A stretch of DNA of 20,500 nt. Origin: an uncultured Candidatus Rokubacteria bacterium (GTDB taxonomy: Bacteria > Methylomirabilota > Methylomirabilia > Rokubacteriales > CSP1-6). The first letter of the stretch is position 1, and every line of letters begins with the position of its first letter. A program made the position numbers and the translations under genes. Below, in pieces: positions 9,157 to 17,003 of this stretch. The notes beneath the pieces are model-generated. The model searched no databases. It saw only the letters and a program-made list of their open reading frames with translations, and was not told the DNA's origin. The DNA is taken from positions 1-20,500 of the forward strand of contig CAVWFS010000017.1 of NCBI GenBank assembly GCA_963754315.1, written 5' to 3'.

Positions 9157-9699
9157 ATGGGCGCAACGCGTACCGAAGTTCCACTGCTCGTCACCTTCGT
9201 CGACCTCACCCGCTTCTTCACCCAGAGCCAGCGCGTCAGCGACCTCGATCTCGCCGACACCCTCGATGCCTTCTACGAGCTCGTGGCGGAGGCCGTGGAG
9301 GGAGCGGGTGGCGTCCTGGTCAAGTTCATCGGCGACGCGGCGCTGATCGTGTTCGAGGAGGAGCGCGTCGACCGGGGCGTGAGCATGCTCCTGGACCTCA
9401 AGCGCTCCGTCGACGCCTTCATGGCCGAGCGCGAGTGGGAGTGTCGCCTGGTCGCCAAGGTCCACTTCGGGCCGGTGATCGCCGGACCGTTCGGCGGCGT
9501 CAAGGCCAAGCGCTACGACGTCGCCGGCAAGACGGTGAACACGACCGCCGCTCTCGAGGGCACCGGCATCACCCTGTCCGCGGCCGCCTTTCGCAAGCTC
9601 GGCCGAGATCTACGAACCCGCTTCAAGAAGCACACGCCGCCGATCACGTACATCCGCGCGGAGGATCCGCACCGGCTACGGTCAAGAGCCCGTCCCTGA
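9157..9699 (+). CDS. Stand-alone class III adenylate/guanylate cyclase domain protein
   Basis: FVDLTRF (first metal Asp), VKFIGDA (second Asp), HFGPVIAG, YDVAGKTVN. ATG 9157 follows GGAGGAG. Confidence 0.9.
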   Translation: MGATRTEVPLLVTFVDLTRFFTQSQRVSDLDLADTLDAFYELVAEAVEGAGGVLVKFIGDAALIVFEEERVDRGVSMLLDLKRSVDAFMAEREWECRLVAKVHFGPVIAGPFGGVKAKRYDVAGKTVNTTAALEGTGITLSAAAFRKLGRDLRTRFKKHTPPITYIRAEDPHRLRSRARP

Positions 9700-9719
9700 T
9701 CCCTCGCCCCCGGCGCGCC

Positions 9720-9780
9720 TCACGCTCAGACCGAAGTGTGGCGCTACGCCAGAACGAGGGGGACGTCACGCTCAGACCGA
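9720..9780. repeat. 15-bp perfect direct repeat, two copies
   Basis: TCACGCTCAGACCGA at 9720-9734 and 9766-9780. Confidence 0.85.
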
Positions 9781-9809
9781 TCCGGCGTCGGCGGACGCGT
9801 GGCGCCGGA
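9781..9809. terminator. GC-rich hairpin between convergent genes (possible terminator)
   Basis: TCCGGCG (9781-9787) pairs with CGCCGGA (9803-9809); no U-tract. Confidence 0.3.
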
Positions 9810-9810
9810 G

Positions 9811-11103
9811 TCACGGCGGAGCAGACCCGGCCGTGTCACGGCGGCCGGCGTCGCTGGCGTGCGCCGCGTGGGTGAAAAGATTTCGCGCCATTGACGATGG
9901 CTGCCGCTCGGCGCGGATCCGATAGATCTCCCGCCGCAGCGCGTGGGCGGCCGCCGATCCGGGCTCGGCCATGACCGCGAACTCGATCAGGTGACAGGCC
10001 AGGCGCTCGTTGCCCTCCGCCAGCAAGTCGGCCGTGCGACGCAGGACGGGCTCGAGACCGCCCGCCAGCGCGATCCACTCGCGTGCCTGTTCGGCCCGCG
10101 GCGCCGGCAGCAGGTTGTCCGGCTCGCCGTCGTACCAGCCCCCGTAGAGCCGCCAGACGTTGCGGACGATGAACTGCGGGTCGTCGTACACCGGACGCAG
10201 GTAAGGCTTGTCGAGCAGACGTGCCGGCACCTGCACCTCGTGGATCACCCGGTCGAGCGTCACGCCCTTGTTCATCAGGGCGAGCACCTGGCCCTCGATC
10301 GCCTCCAGCAACTCCGCGGTGTCAGTGAGCGCGGCCGCGATGCGCGCGGCGCCGAACACGGGGAGGCCGTGACCCGGGATCATCAGCTCGGCGCCGAGGG
10401 CAGCCATCTCGCGCAGGGCAACCGCCCACTCGCCCGGATAGCGCTGCACCTTCTGCGGGTTGCCGGCGTTGGGGGTGGCCCAGATGAAGAGATCGCCGGG
10501 GGCGAGTATCTTCCGGTCGGGGATCCACGCCCAGACCGCGTCCTCCGTCTCCCCGCGGGCGTGGTGAAGCTCGAAGGTCAGATCGCCCGCGGTGAAGGTC
10601 AACCGATCGTGGAACTCGACGTCAGGGTAGCGGTACTGATCGGGCCAGCGGAAGCGATCGGGCGGCAGCCCGAACTGGCGCAGGTTGATGGCGGTGTTCC
10701 AGCCGAGCGTCTTCAGGTAGCGATCGAAGTTGCGGCGAACGAGCGCATGCGCGTAGACGCGCGGCCGAGGCCAGGCGCGGGCGGCCGCTTCCTGCTCGAA
10801 GGGGGTCACCCCGAAGATGTGGTCCACGTGGTGATGGGAGAAGACGGCCGCCATGAGGGGAGCCGTCGGGCGCCAGCGGCGAACGGCTTCGTACAGCGGA
10901 CGGGTGTCGGCCCGGCTGCCGGTGTCCAGCATCACCAGGCCGGCGCCGGTGTCGAGTGTGTTGGCGCTGGCGATGCCCTTGTAGAAGAGCACCCCGGCCG
11001 CGATCTCCTCGCCATCGCTCTGCAGTCCTCCCACCGGATGGTGCGAGCGCGTGTCGATCTCGCCCTGCCAGAGCTGCTCGGATAGTGTCCGCACGTCGGG
11101 CAT
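9811..11103 (-). CDS. Alkyl/aryl-sulfatase-like MBL-fold hydrolase with dimerisation domain
   Basis: LDTGS, SHHHVDH, HARGETED, PNAGNPQKVQRY, IPGHG, VRNVWRLYGGWYDG; GGAGG upstream of the ATG. Confidence 0.9.
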   Translation of the reverse strand: MPDVRTLSEQLWQGEIDTRSHHPVGGLQSDGEEIAAGVLFYKGIASANTLDTGAGLVMLDTGSRADTRPLYEAVRRWRPTAPLMAAVFSHHHVDHIFGVTPFEQEAAARAWPRPRVYAHALVRRNFDRYLKTLGWNTAINLRQFGLPPDRFRWPDQYRYPDVEFHDRLTFTAGDLTFELHHARGETEDAVWAWIPDRKILAPGDLFIWATPNAGNPQKVQRYPGEWAVALREMAALGAELMIPGHGLPVFGAARIAAALTDTAELLEAIEGQVLALMNKGVTLDRVIHEVQVPARLLDKPYLRPVYDDPQFIVRNVWRLYGGWYDGEPDNLLPAPRAEQAREWIALAGGLEPVLRRTADLLAEGNERLACHLIEFAVMAEPGSAAAHALRREIYRIRAERQPSSMARNLFTHAAHASDAGRRDTAGSAPP

Positions 11104-11296
11104 CGCGTGGCCTCCTGCCGGAATTGTTCCGTCAGCCTACCCTCCCCAAGCGAGCGGCGCCAACGCCAATGTCGGTCCTTGCCGCCGCGATCGGGTGAGA
11201 CGTACTCTTCTTCTGATCGCCACGGTCGACGAGCGACCCGTTGCCATACGTCTGGTCGCTGGCAGACCTGCGTGGCGCCGTCCGAGGGAGGGTGAC

Positions 11297-11914
11297 ATGG
11301 CGTTCATTCGCACGATCGCGCCGGCCGACGCGGAGGGGCCGGTGCGCGAGATGTACGAGCAGGTTCAACGCCACTTCGGCTTTGTGCCCAACTGGGCACA
11401 GGCGTTCAGTCTCCGGCCTGGCGTCAGGGACGGGTGGACATCGCTGCTGAACTCCATCCGAAGCAATCTGTCCCAGCGCAGCTACGAGCTGGCCACCTTG
11501 GCGGCCGCTCGAGCGCTGCGAAGCTCCTATTGCGCCCTGGCCCACGGCAGCGTGCTGGCCGACAAGGTGTTCGATGCGGCGGCGGTGGTGGCCATCGCAA
11601 CGGGCGGCCCCGAGGCTCCGCTCGAGCCACGCGAGCGGGCGATGATGGCGTTCGTGGACAAGCTGGTGCGCAACGCGGATCAGATCACGGCGGCCGACGT
11701 CGACACGCTCAAGGCTCACGGGTACCGGGACGAGGAGATCTTCGATCTGGCCGCGGCAGCGGCCGCCCGCTGCTTCTTCAGCAAGCTGCTCGACGCGTTG
11801 GGAGTGGAGCCGGACTCGAGCTTCAACGATTTGGCGCCGCCCCTGCGGCAGGCACTGACGGTTGGCCGGCCCGTGGCCGCGGAGCCCGCGGCAAGACTTC
11901 CCGAAAGGGAGTGA
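11297..11914 (+). CDS. AhpD-like / carboxymuconolactone decarboxylase family protein (peroxidase-related)
   Basis: FGFVPN, YELATL..ARALRSSYCALAHG, ITAADVDTLKAHGYRDEEIFD. ATG 11297 follows GGGAGGG. Confidence 0.87.
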   Translation: MAFIRTIAPADAEGPVREMYEQVQRHFGFVPNWAQAFSLRPGVRDGWTSLLNSIRSNLSQRSYELATLAAARALRSSYCALAHGSVLADKVFDAAAVVAIATGGPEAPLEPRERAMMAFVDKLVRNADQITAADVDTLKAHGYRDEEIFDLAAAAAARCFFSKLLDALGVEPDSSFNDLAPPLRQALTVGRPVAAEPAARLPERE

Positions 11915-11988
11915 CCTATGGCGGCCCAAACGGACGACACTAGGGTCGCTGAGCAACGCTAGACAGGGAGAGTCGAGTCTAGCCGTAC

Positions 11989-12015
11989 ATACTCGAATAA
12001 TTATTCGAGTATAAT
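11989..12015 (+). promoter_or_regulatory. Perfect 24-bp palindrome overlapping a consensus -10 box
   Basis: ATACTCGAATAATTATTCGAGTAT at 11989-12012 is its own reverse complement. TATAAT at 12010-12015 lies 7 nt before GTG 12023. Confidence 0.85.
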
Positions 12016-12022
12016 CTACAGA

Positions 12023-13249
12023 GTGGACTACCAGGGCTGCCGTCGCCTCCTTCAGCAACGTCTCGCCGAGCCCCCACCCACGCGGATCCAGCTTCTCGCC
12101 GGCCCGCGCCAGGTGGGCAAGACGACGCTTCTTTTGGAGCTGGCTGGGCAGCTCGCTCCGGCGAGCCTCTACGCCGCGTGCGACGGCCCGGAGGCTGCGG
12201 TGCCCGGCTTCTGGGAGAGCATCTGGACGCGGGCCGAGGCGACCGCGCGCACCCATCGTCGAGCGGTCGTCCTCCTCGACGAGGTGCATGTGCTCGGCGA
12301 CTGGGCGGCACGGCTGAAGGGCGAGTGGGACCGGCTGCGTCGGCGACAGATGCCGATCCATGTCGTGGCCACCGGCTCCTCCAGCCTTCGGTTGGGCCGG
12401 GGCTCGCGCGAGAGCCTCGCGGGGCGATTCGAGCGGCTGATGCTCACGCACTGGTCACCAAGCGCGCTGGCCGACGCGTTCGGTCTGTCCGCGGGCGAGG
12501 CGGTGAACACATGGGTACGACGCGGCGCCTATCCGGGAGCCTACGCGTTGCAGAGCGAGGCCGGACGCTGGTCGGCCTACGTACGTGATGCCATCGTCGA
12601 GCCTGCCATCGGACGAGACCTCCTGGCGCTGGGGCCCGTGCGACGGCCGGCGCTGTTGCGGCAAGTCTTTGGGGCATGCATAACTTCGCCAGCCCAGATC
12701 GTCTCCCTGAAGAAACTGCAAGGACAGCTCGAGGAGCGGGGAGCTCTGGAAACGATCGCGCACTACTTGCACCTCCTGGAAGAGGCATTCCTCGTGGCGT
12801 CCCTCCCCAAGCATGGCCGCCGGGCCGCCCGTCAGCGCGCGGCGCCGCCCAAGCTGATCACGCTCAACCAGGCCTTGCTGGCCGTCGCCCATCCCGAGGG
12901 GATTCCCGAGTTCGACCGTGAGCCTGCCCGCTTCGGCGCATGGATCGAGAACGCTTGTCTGAGCTACGCTTGGAACGCGGAACAACATGTCGCCTACTGG
13001 CGCGAGGAGCCGCTGGAGGTCGACGGTGTGCTCGACGGGAGCTGGGGGCGTTGGGCCATCGAAGTCACGATCGGCCGCGTGACGGCGCGGGAGTTGAAAG
13101 GCCTCGGGGAATTCGTTCGGCGCTTCTCAGAGTACCGTCCCCTCGTGATCTGCCAGTCGGAGGACCTGGGCGCAGCAGAACGGCTGGGTATCGCCGCCAT
13201 GAGCTGGCAGGACTTCCTGTGGGAGGGGCCGGCGAAGCGAACACCATGA
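12023..13249 (+). CDS. AAA_14 / DUF4143-type ATP-binding protein with C-terminal PD-(D/E)xK-like domain
   Basis: Walker A GPRQVGKT, Walker B LLDEVH, ATGSSS, ESLAGRF, GAYP, YLHLLEEAFL, ENAC, YWR, EVD...AIEVT. Confidence 0.92.
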   Translation: MDYQGCRRLLQQRLAEPPPTRIQLLAGPRQVGKTTLLLELAGQLAPASLYAACDGPEAAVPGFWESIWTRAEATARTHRRAVVLLDEVHVLGDWAARLKGEWDRLRRRQMPIHVVATGSSSLRLGRGSRESLAGRFERLMLTHWSPSALADAFGLSAGEAVNTWVRRGAYPGAYALQSEAGRWSAYVRDAIVEPAIGRDLLALGPVRRPALLRQVFGACITSPAQIVSLKKLQGQLEERGALETIAHYLHLLEEAFLVASLPKHGRRAARQRAAPPKLITLNQALLAVAHPEGIPEFDREPARFGAWIENACLSYAWNAEQHVAYWREEPLEVDGVLDGSWGRWAIEVTIGRVTARELKGLGEFVRRFSEYRPLVICQSEDLGAAERLGIAAMSWQDFLWEGPAKRTP

Positions 13250-13286
13250 TTGGCCCTTGATGCCGCCCGCAAGGAGGGAGTGACGG

Positions 13287-13959
13287 ATGGTAAAAGTGGT
13301 GGCGTTCTTCAGGCGCCGGCCGGGAATGGCCGTCGAGGACTTTCAGACCTACTGGCGCACCCGGCATCCCGAGGTGGTCACGAAGCTGGCGGGCGTGAGG
13401 CGCTACGTCCAATCGCATACGCGGCAGGCAGCCTACCGCCAGGGGGAGCCCGTATACGACGGTATCGCCGAGCTCTGGTTCGACGACACCGCCGCCATGC
13501 ACGCCCTGCGTGACACTCCCGAGATGGCGGCCGTCCAGGCGGACGAGGCGCGGTTCATCGACCGATCGACCATGGGACTGATCATCACCGAGGAGCACGT
13601 GATCAAGGACGGCGCCGCGTCACCGGGGATGGCCAAGAGCGTCGGGTTCATTCGCCGAAAGCCCGGCACTGCCAGTCGAGGCGTTCCAGCGGCACTGGCG
13701 GGAGGTGCACGGGCCGCTCGGCGCCGCGATTCCCACCATGCGACGCTACGTGCAAAGCCACACGCGGCGGGCCGCTTACGACCGGGGGCGGGAGCCGGCC
13801 TGGGACGGCATCGCGACCATCTGGTTCGATGACTCTGCCGCCCTGCGCGCAGCCACCACGACGTCCGCCTGGGATCGCGCCCAGGCCGACCATGCGAACT
13901 TCATCGCGCCGGGGCCGATACCGTTCATCATCACAACGGAGCACCCCATCATCGCCTGA
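13287..13959 (+). pseudogene. Double EthD-domain protein with a +1 frameshift at about 13668 (possibly a sequencing error)
   Basis: Repeat 1: RRRPGMAVEDFQTYWRTRH...RRYVQSH...YDGIAELWFD. Removing one base at 13668-13669 gives repeat 2: RRKPG(M/L)PVEAFQRHWREVH...RRYVQSH...WDGIATIWFD, ending TGA 13959. Confidence 0.87.
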
Positions 13960-14030
13960 GCTTTGCCCGGACTGGAGGTCGCGGGGCGAGGTGTTGGTGG
14001 GAGATCGTGATTGCGCTCGCCCGTTTTTCC

Positions 14031-14537
14031 CTATGGCTCAGAACGCAGCCGCATGCGCTCGAAGATCTCGCGCGAGTCCGGGCAGAAGTCGAGCTCAGTA
14101 AGCATTTGCCGGAGCTGCTCCGGCGTGACCCACGCGATCCAAGCTACCTCGCTCGCCTGCGGCTCGACCGGACCGTCCCAGCGCGCCTCGTAGACAGCGC
14201 CCCATGCCTGTCCGCTCGGCCCCCGGTAACGGTGGCGGAACAGGAACCGGAGATCGACGCCCACCACGCCGAGCTCCTCGGCTGCCTCCCGCCGCGCACA
14301 GTCGTCGTAGGATTCTCCGGCCGCACAGACACCGCCCGCGAAGAGATCGTAGGCGCCCGGATCAACGTCTTTGGTGTCCGTCCGCCGGTGGACCAAGACT
14401 TCACCCGACGGCCGGCGCACGAGGACGTACGTGCAGCGATGCAGGAGGTCGCGCGCGCGAATCTCGCGCCGGGTGACCGTGGCTACCACCTTGTCGTTCT
14501 CGTCGACGACATCGACCAGCTCCAGTCCGGGGTCCAT
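14031..14537 (-). CDS. NUDIX hydrolase (YfcD/IPP-isomerase-like)
   Basis: VDVVDEND, LLHR, KDVDPG, Nudix box GGVCAAGESYDDCARREAAEELGV. Confidence 0.92.
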   Translation of the reverse strand: MDPGLELVDVVDENDKVVATVTRREIRARDLLHRCTYVLVRRPSGEVLVHRRTDTKDVDPGAYDLFAGGVCAAGESYDDCARREAAEELGVVGVDLRFLFRHRYRGPSGQAWGAVYEARWDGPVEPQASEVAWIAWVTPEQLRQMLTELDFCPDSREIFERMRLRSEP

Positions 14538-14604
14538 GACAGGAAGGCTACACCACGGTCCCTGCTGCTGCCAGACGAGGTGATTTCGGGCCGCGTCGGT
14601 CCGA

Positions 14605-14919
14605 TCAGGCCAAGACAGGTATCACTTTCGTGTGGACAAGGAGGGCGACGATTGCAGCCGCCCAGCCAATGGGTAGCGAACCGGTTATGCCGATCAGGAA
14701 GCCGAAGTCATAGAGCCAACCTGAGTTGGGAACCTCGTACATTTTGATGGGAAGGAAGGCTCGGAGAATGAGGGTCCACGGAGCTAGCAGCCCATGCCAC
14801 ACGCCAACGAAGAAGCCCGGCGGGTTCCCGGGTTGGACAGGGGCTGAGCCCGCGAAGCCGCAAGCACTGAGCAGGGTCGTCACGAAGACGAGCAACACGA
14901 TCGAAGCTATCGACCGCAT
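14605..14919 (-). CDS. Small hypothetical membrane lipoprotein
   Basis: Lipobox LSA-C20, GFFVGVWHG...MYEVPNSGWLYDFGFLIG, hydrophobic segments, SD AAGGGAGG. Confidence 0.75.
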   Translation of the reverse strand: MRSIASIVLLVFVTTLLSACGFAGSAPVQPGNPPGFFVGVWHGLLAPWTLILRAFLPIKMYEVPNSGWLYDFGFLIGITGSLPIGWAAAIVALLVHTKVIPVLA

Positions 14920-15019
14920 GATCTACCCTCCCTTTTTTGGGAGCCCAGGGTGACGGGCTGAGGAGGAGGCTCCGGCGCAAATACCATCCCTCCGAGGCCT
15001 CGACGATGCTTGCCGAGCG

Positions 15020-15754
15020 TCAGGTTGAGTTGGCACCACGGAGTATCGCGTTTGCCGTCTTCTCGAGACGTCGCACGCGAAGTGACAGGAGCGAGAGAAT
15101 CCGCCTGACCAGCTCCGGTGTCTCATCCAGCAGTCGCCAGAAGTGAGAGCGGTCCACCATGAGCAGCCGGACATCGGTCGTTGCCGTGATCGTCGCTGAT
15201 CGGGGCTCGCCATCGAGCAGGCTCATCTCGCCAAAGAAGTCACCCGGCTGTAACTGGCTCCCGGCTCCGATCGGGGTGTGCACCGCTACCGTGCCGTCGA
15301 TGATGATGAAGAATGAATCGCCCGGCTCTCCAATCTGCGTCACCACGGTTCCCGCCGGTAACTCGACGATCTTCGAGAGCTCGGCGACCCGATGCAGCTC
15401 GCCCTCATTGAATCCGCTGAACAGCGGGGCTCGCTGCAGATGCCTTATGCGCGCATCCGGGGAGGGCGTCATCGCGCCAACTTGTGCCTGCTCTGCCTTG
15501 TCAGGATCATGGAAGGGCAAGCGATCGGTGGATCGCGGATCGGATTCGAGGTGCTTCGGGGTGTACGCATGGGGGGACGAGGGCTTCGTCTGGGAGGTCG
15601 CGGCTCCCAGCGTCGCCCCGCACTCATGGCAGAACTTGTTACCCGGCGGGTTCCCGCTTCCGCACTGCAGACATCGCGCTTCGAGCTTGGCGCCGCACTC
15701 GCCACAGAACTTCACGGCAGCGGGGTTTTCGTGCTGGCATCGGGGACACTGCAT
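15020..15754 (-). CDS. Double zinc ribbon + cyclic nucleotide-binding domain protein
   Basis: Four CxxC pairs (CPRC, CGEC, CLQC, CHEC), then PLFSG, QIGEPGDSFFIIIDG and phosphate-binding cassette GDFFGEMSLLDGEPRSAT. A possible internal start is ATG 15472. Confidence 0.85.
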   Translation of the reverse strand: MQCPRCQHENPAAVKFCGECGAKLEARCLQCGSGNPPGNKFCHECGATLGAATSQTKPSSPHAYTPKHLESDPRSTDRLPFHDPDKAEQAQVGAMTPSPDARIRHLQRAPLFSGFNEGELHRVAELSKIVELPAGTVVTQIGEPGDSFFIIIDGTVAVHTPIGAGSQLQPGDFFGEMSLLDGEPRSATITATTDVRLLMVDRSHFWRLLDETPELVRRILSLLSLRVRRLEKTANAILRGANST

Positions 15755-15923
15755 CCTGGAGCCCCCTTCGCCCCAGCCAAGGTTGGCCAAAGCTTTCGCC
15801 CACACTAGCCGGGATGCGCCGGATGGGCAAGCGCAGGAGGCCACGAGCTCTCGGCGTATGATGAGGCGTGGAGTCTATGTGATCCACCCAGAGGATGCTG
15901 GACGCGTGCCCGACGCCACGGTC

Positions 15924-16998
15924 ATGCGCCTGAGTCGTCGGCAGCTGCTGGGGATGGCGGCGACCCTACTGGCCTCCCGGCCCCGCGCGGCTCTCGGGCA
16001 GCCCCGGGTTCCCATCGCCGACATGCACAGCCATTACGGATTGATCACCCGGCGCATCGCGGACTCCGGCCTTGCCGAGGACATGCGCGCGCAGGGCGTG
16101 GCCATCGTGGCCTGGACGAATGTTCCTGACGGTCCGTGGCTTCGCGTCACGAGCACGGGCATCGAACAGGCAAGCGAACCCACCCCAGGTGATATCGCCA
16201 AGCGGTTCGCCAGCGTGCTGGATCGCATGAAGGCCTACGCAACGGACCAGCGGCTGCGCGTGATCTTGACACCCTCCGATGTCGACGCTTGCATTGGAGG
16301 TGAGGCGGGCATCGTTCTGGCCTCTGAAGGTGCCGATTTCCTGGAGGGCCGCCTCGACGGGCTGGATTCCGCCTACGAGAAGGGTCTCCGGCATCTGCAG
16401 CTCGTCCACTATATCCGCACTCCGGTCGGGGACTTCCAGACAGCGTCCCCGACCCACACGGGCCTGAGCCCCTTCGGTCAACAAGTCGTCAAGGCATGCA
16501 ATGCCAAAGGGATCCTGGTCGACGTTGCCCACTCGACGGCCCCCTCGGTCGAGCAAGCCTTGGCGCTGTCGACGGCGCCGTCTGGTCTGGTCGCACGGCT
16601 GGGTCGAGGGAGACGGGGGTAGCTGGCAGGATCCGTACGGATACCTCAAACGCAGATTGTCCGTGGCGCTGGCCAAGAAGATCGCCGCCCGCGGTGGCGT
16701 CGTCGGTCTGTGGGGGTTCGGCCTTTCGCGACCGGGGCAAGGGTGGACCGTCACCCGTGGTGACACGAAGGGATACGCGCGCGAGCTGGCCCGTCTGGCC
16801 GACACCATCGGCCCCGATCACGTCGCCTTCGGCACCGATATCGAGGGGATGGGACCCAACTGGACCGTCAACGACTACGGCCACCTCCGAAAGGTGGTCG
16901 ATCATCTCTACGAGATGAAGGTCGACCCCTCGGTGATCGAACGGCTGGCGTACAAGAACTACGCGCGCGTCCTCAGGGCAGCTCTTTCGCCGTCCTGA
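15924..16998 (+). pseudogene. Membrane/renal dipeptidase (M19)-like protein with Tat signal and a +1 frameshift at about 16581 (possibly a sequencing error)
   Basis: MRLSRRQLLG signal, DMHSH, SEGAD, QLVHY, GLSPFG, GILVDVAH. Deleting T16581 gives STAPLVWSHG, continuing to IAARGGVVG, GPDHVAFGTD, NYARV and stop 16998. Confidence 0.87.
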
Positions 16999-17003
16999 CG
17001 CCT

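Noticed and set aside
9720..9830. CRISPR mini-array interpretation of the direct repeats
   Set aside because: Only two exact 15-bp copies, shorter than CRISPR repeats, not palindromic, and no cas genes in the window.
13661..16590. Programmed ribosomal frameshifting in the EthD and dipeptidase genes
   Set aside because: No slippery heptamer or homopolymer at either site; isolated insertions are better explained by error or mutation.
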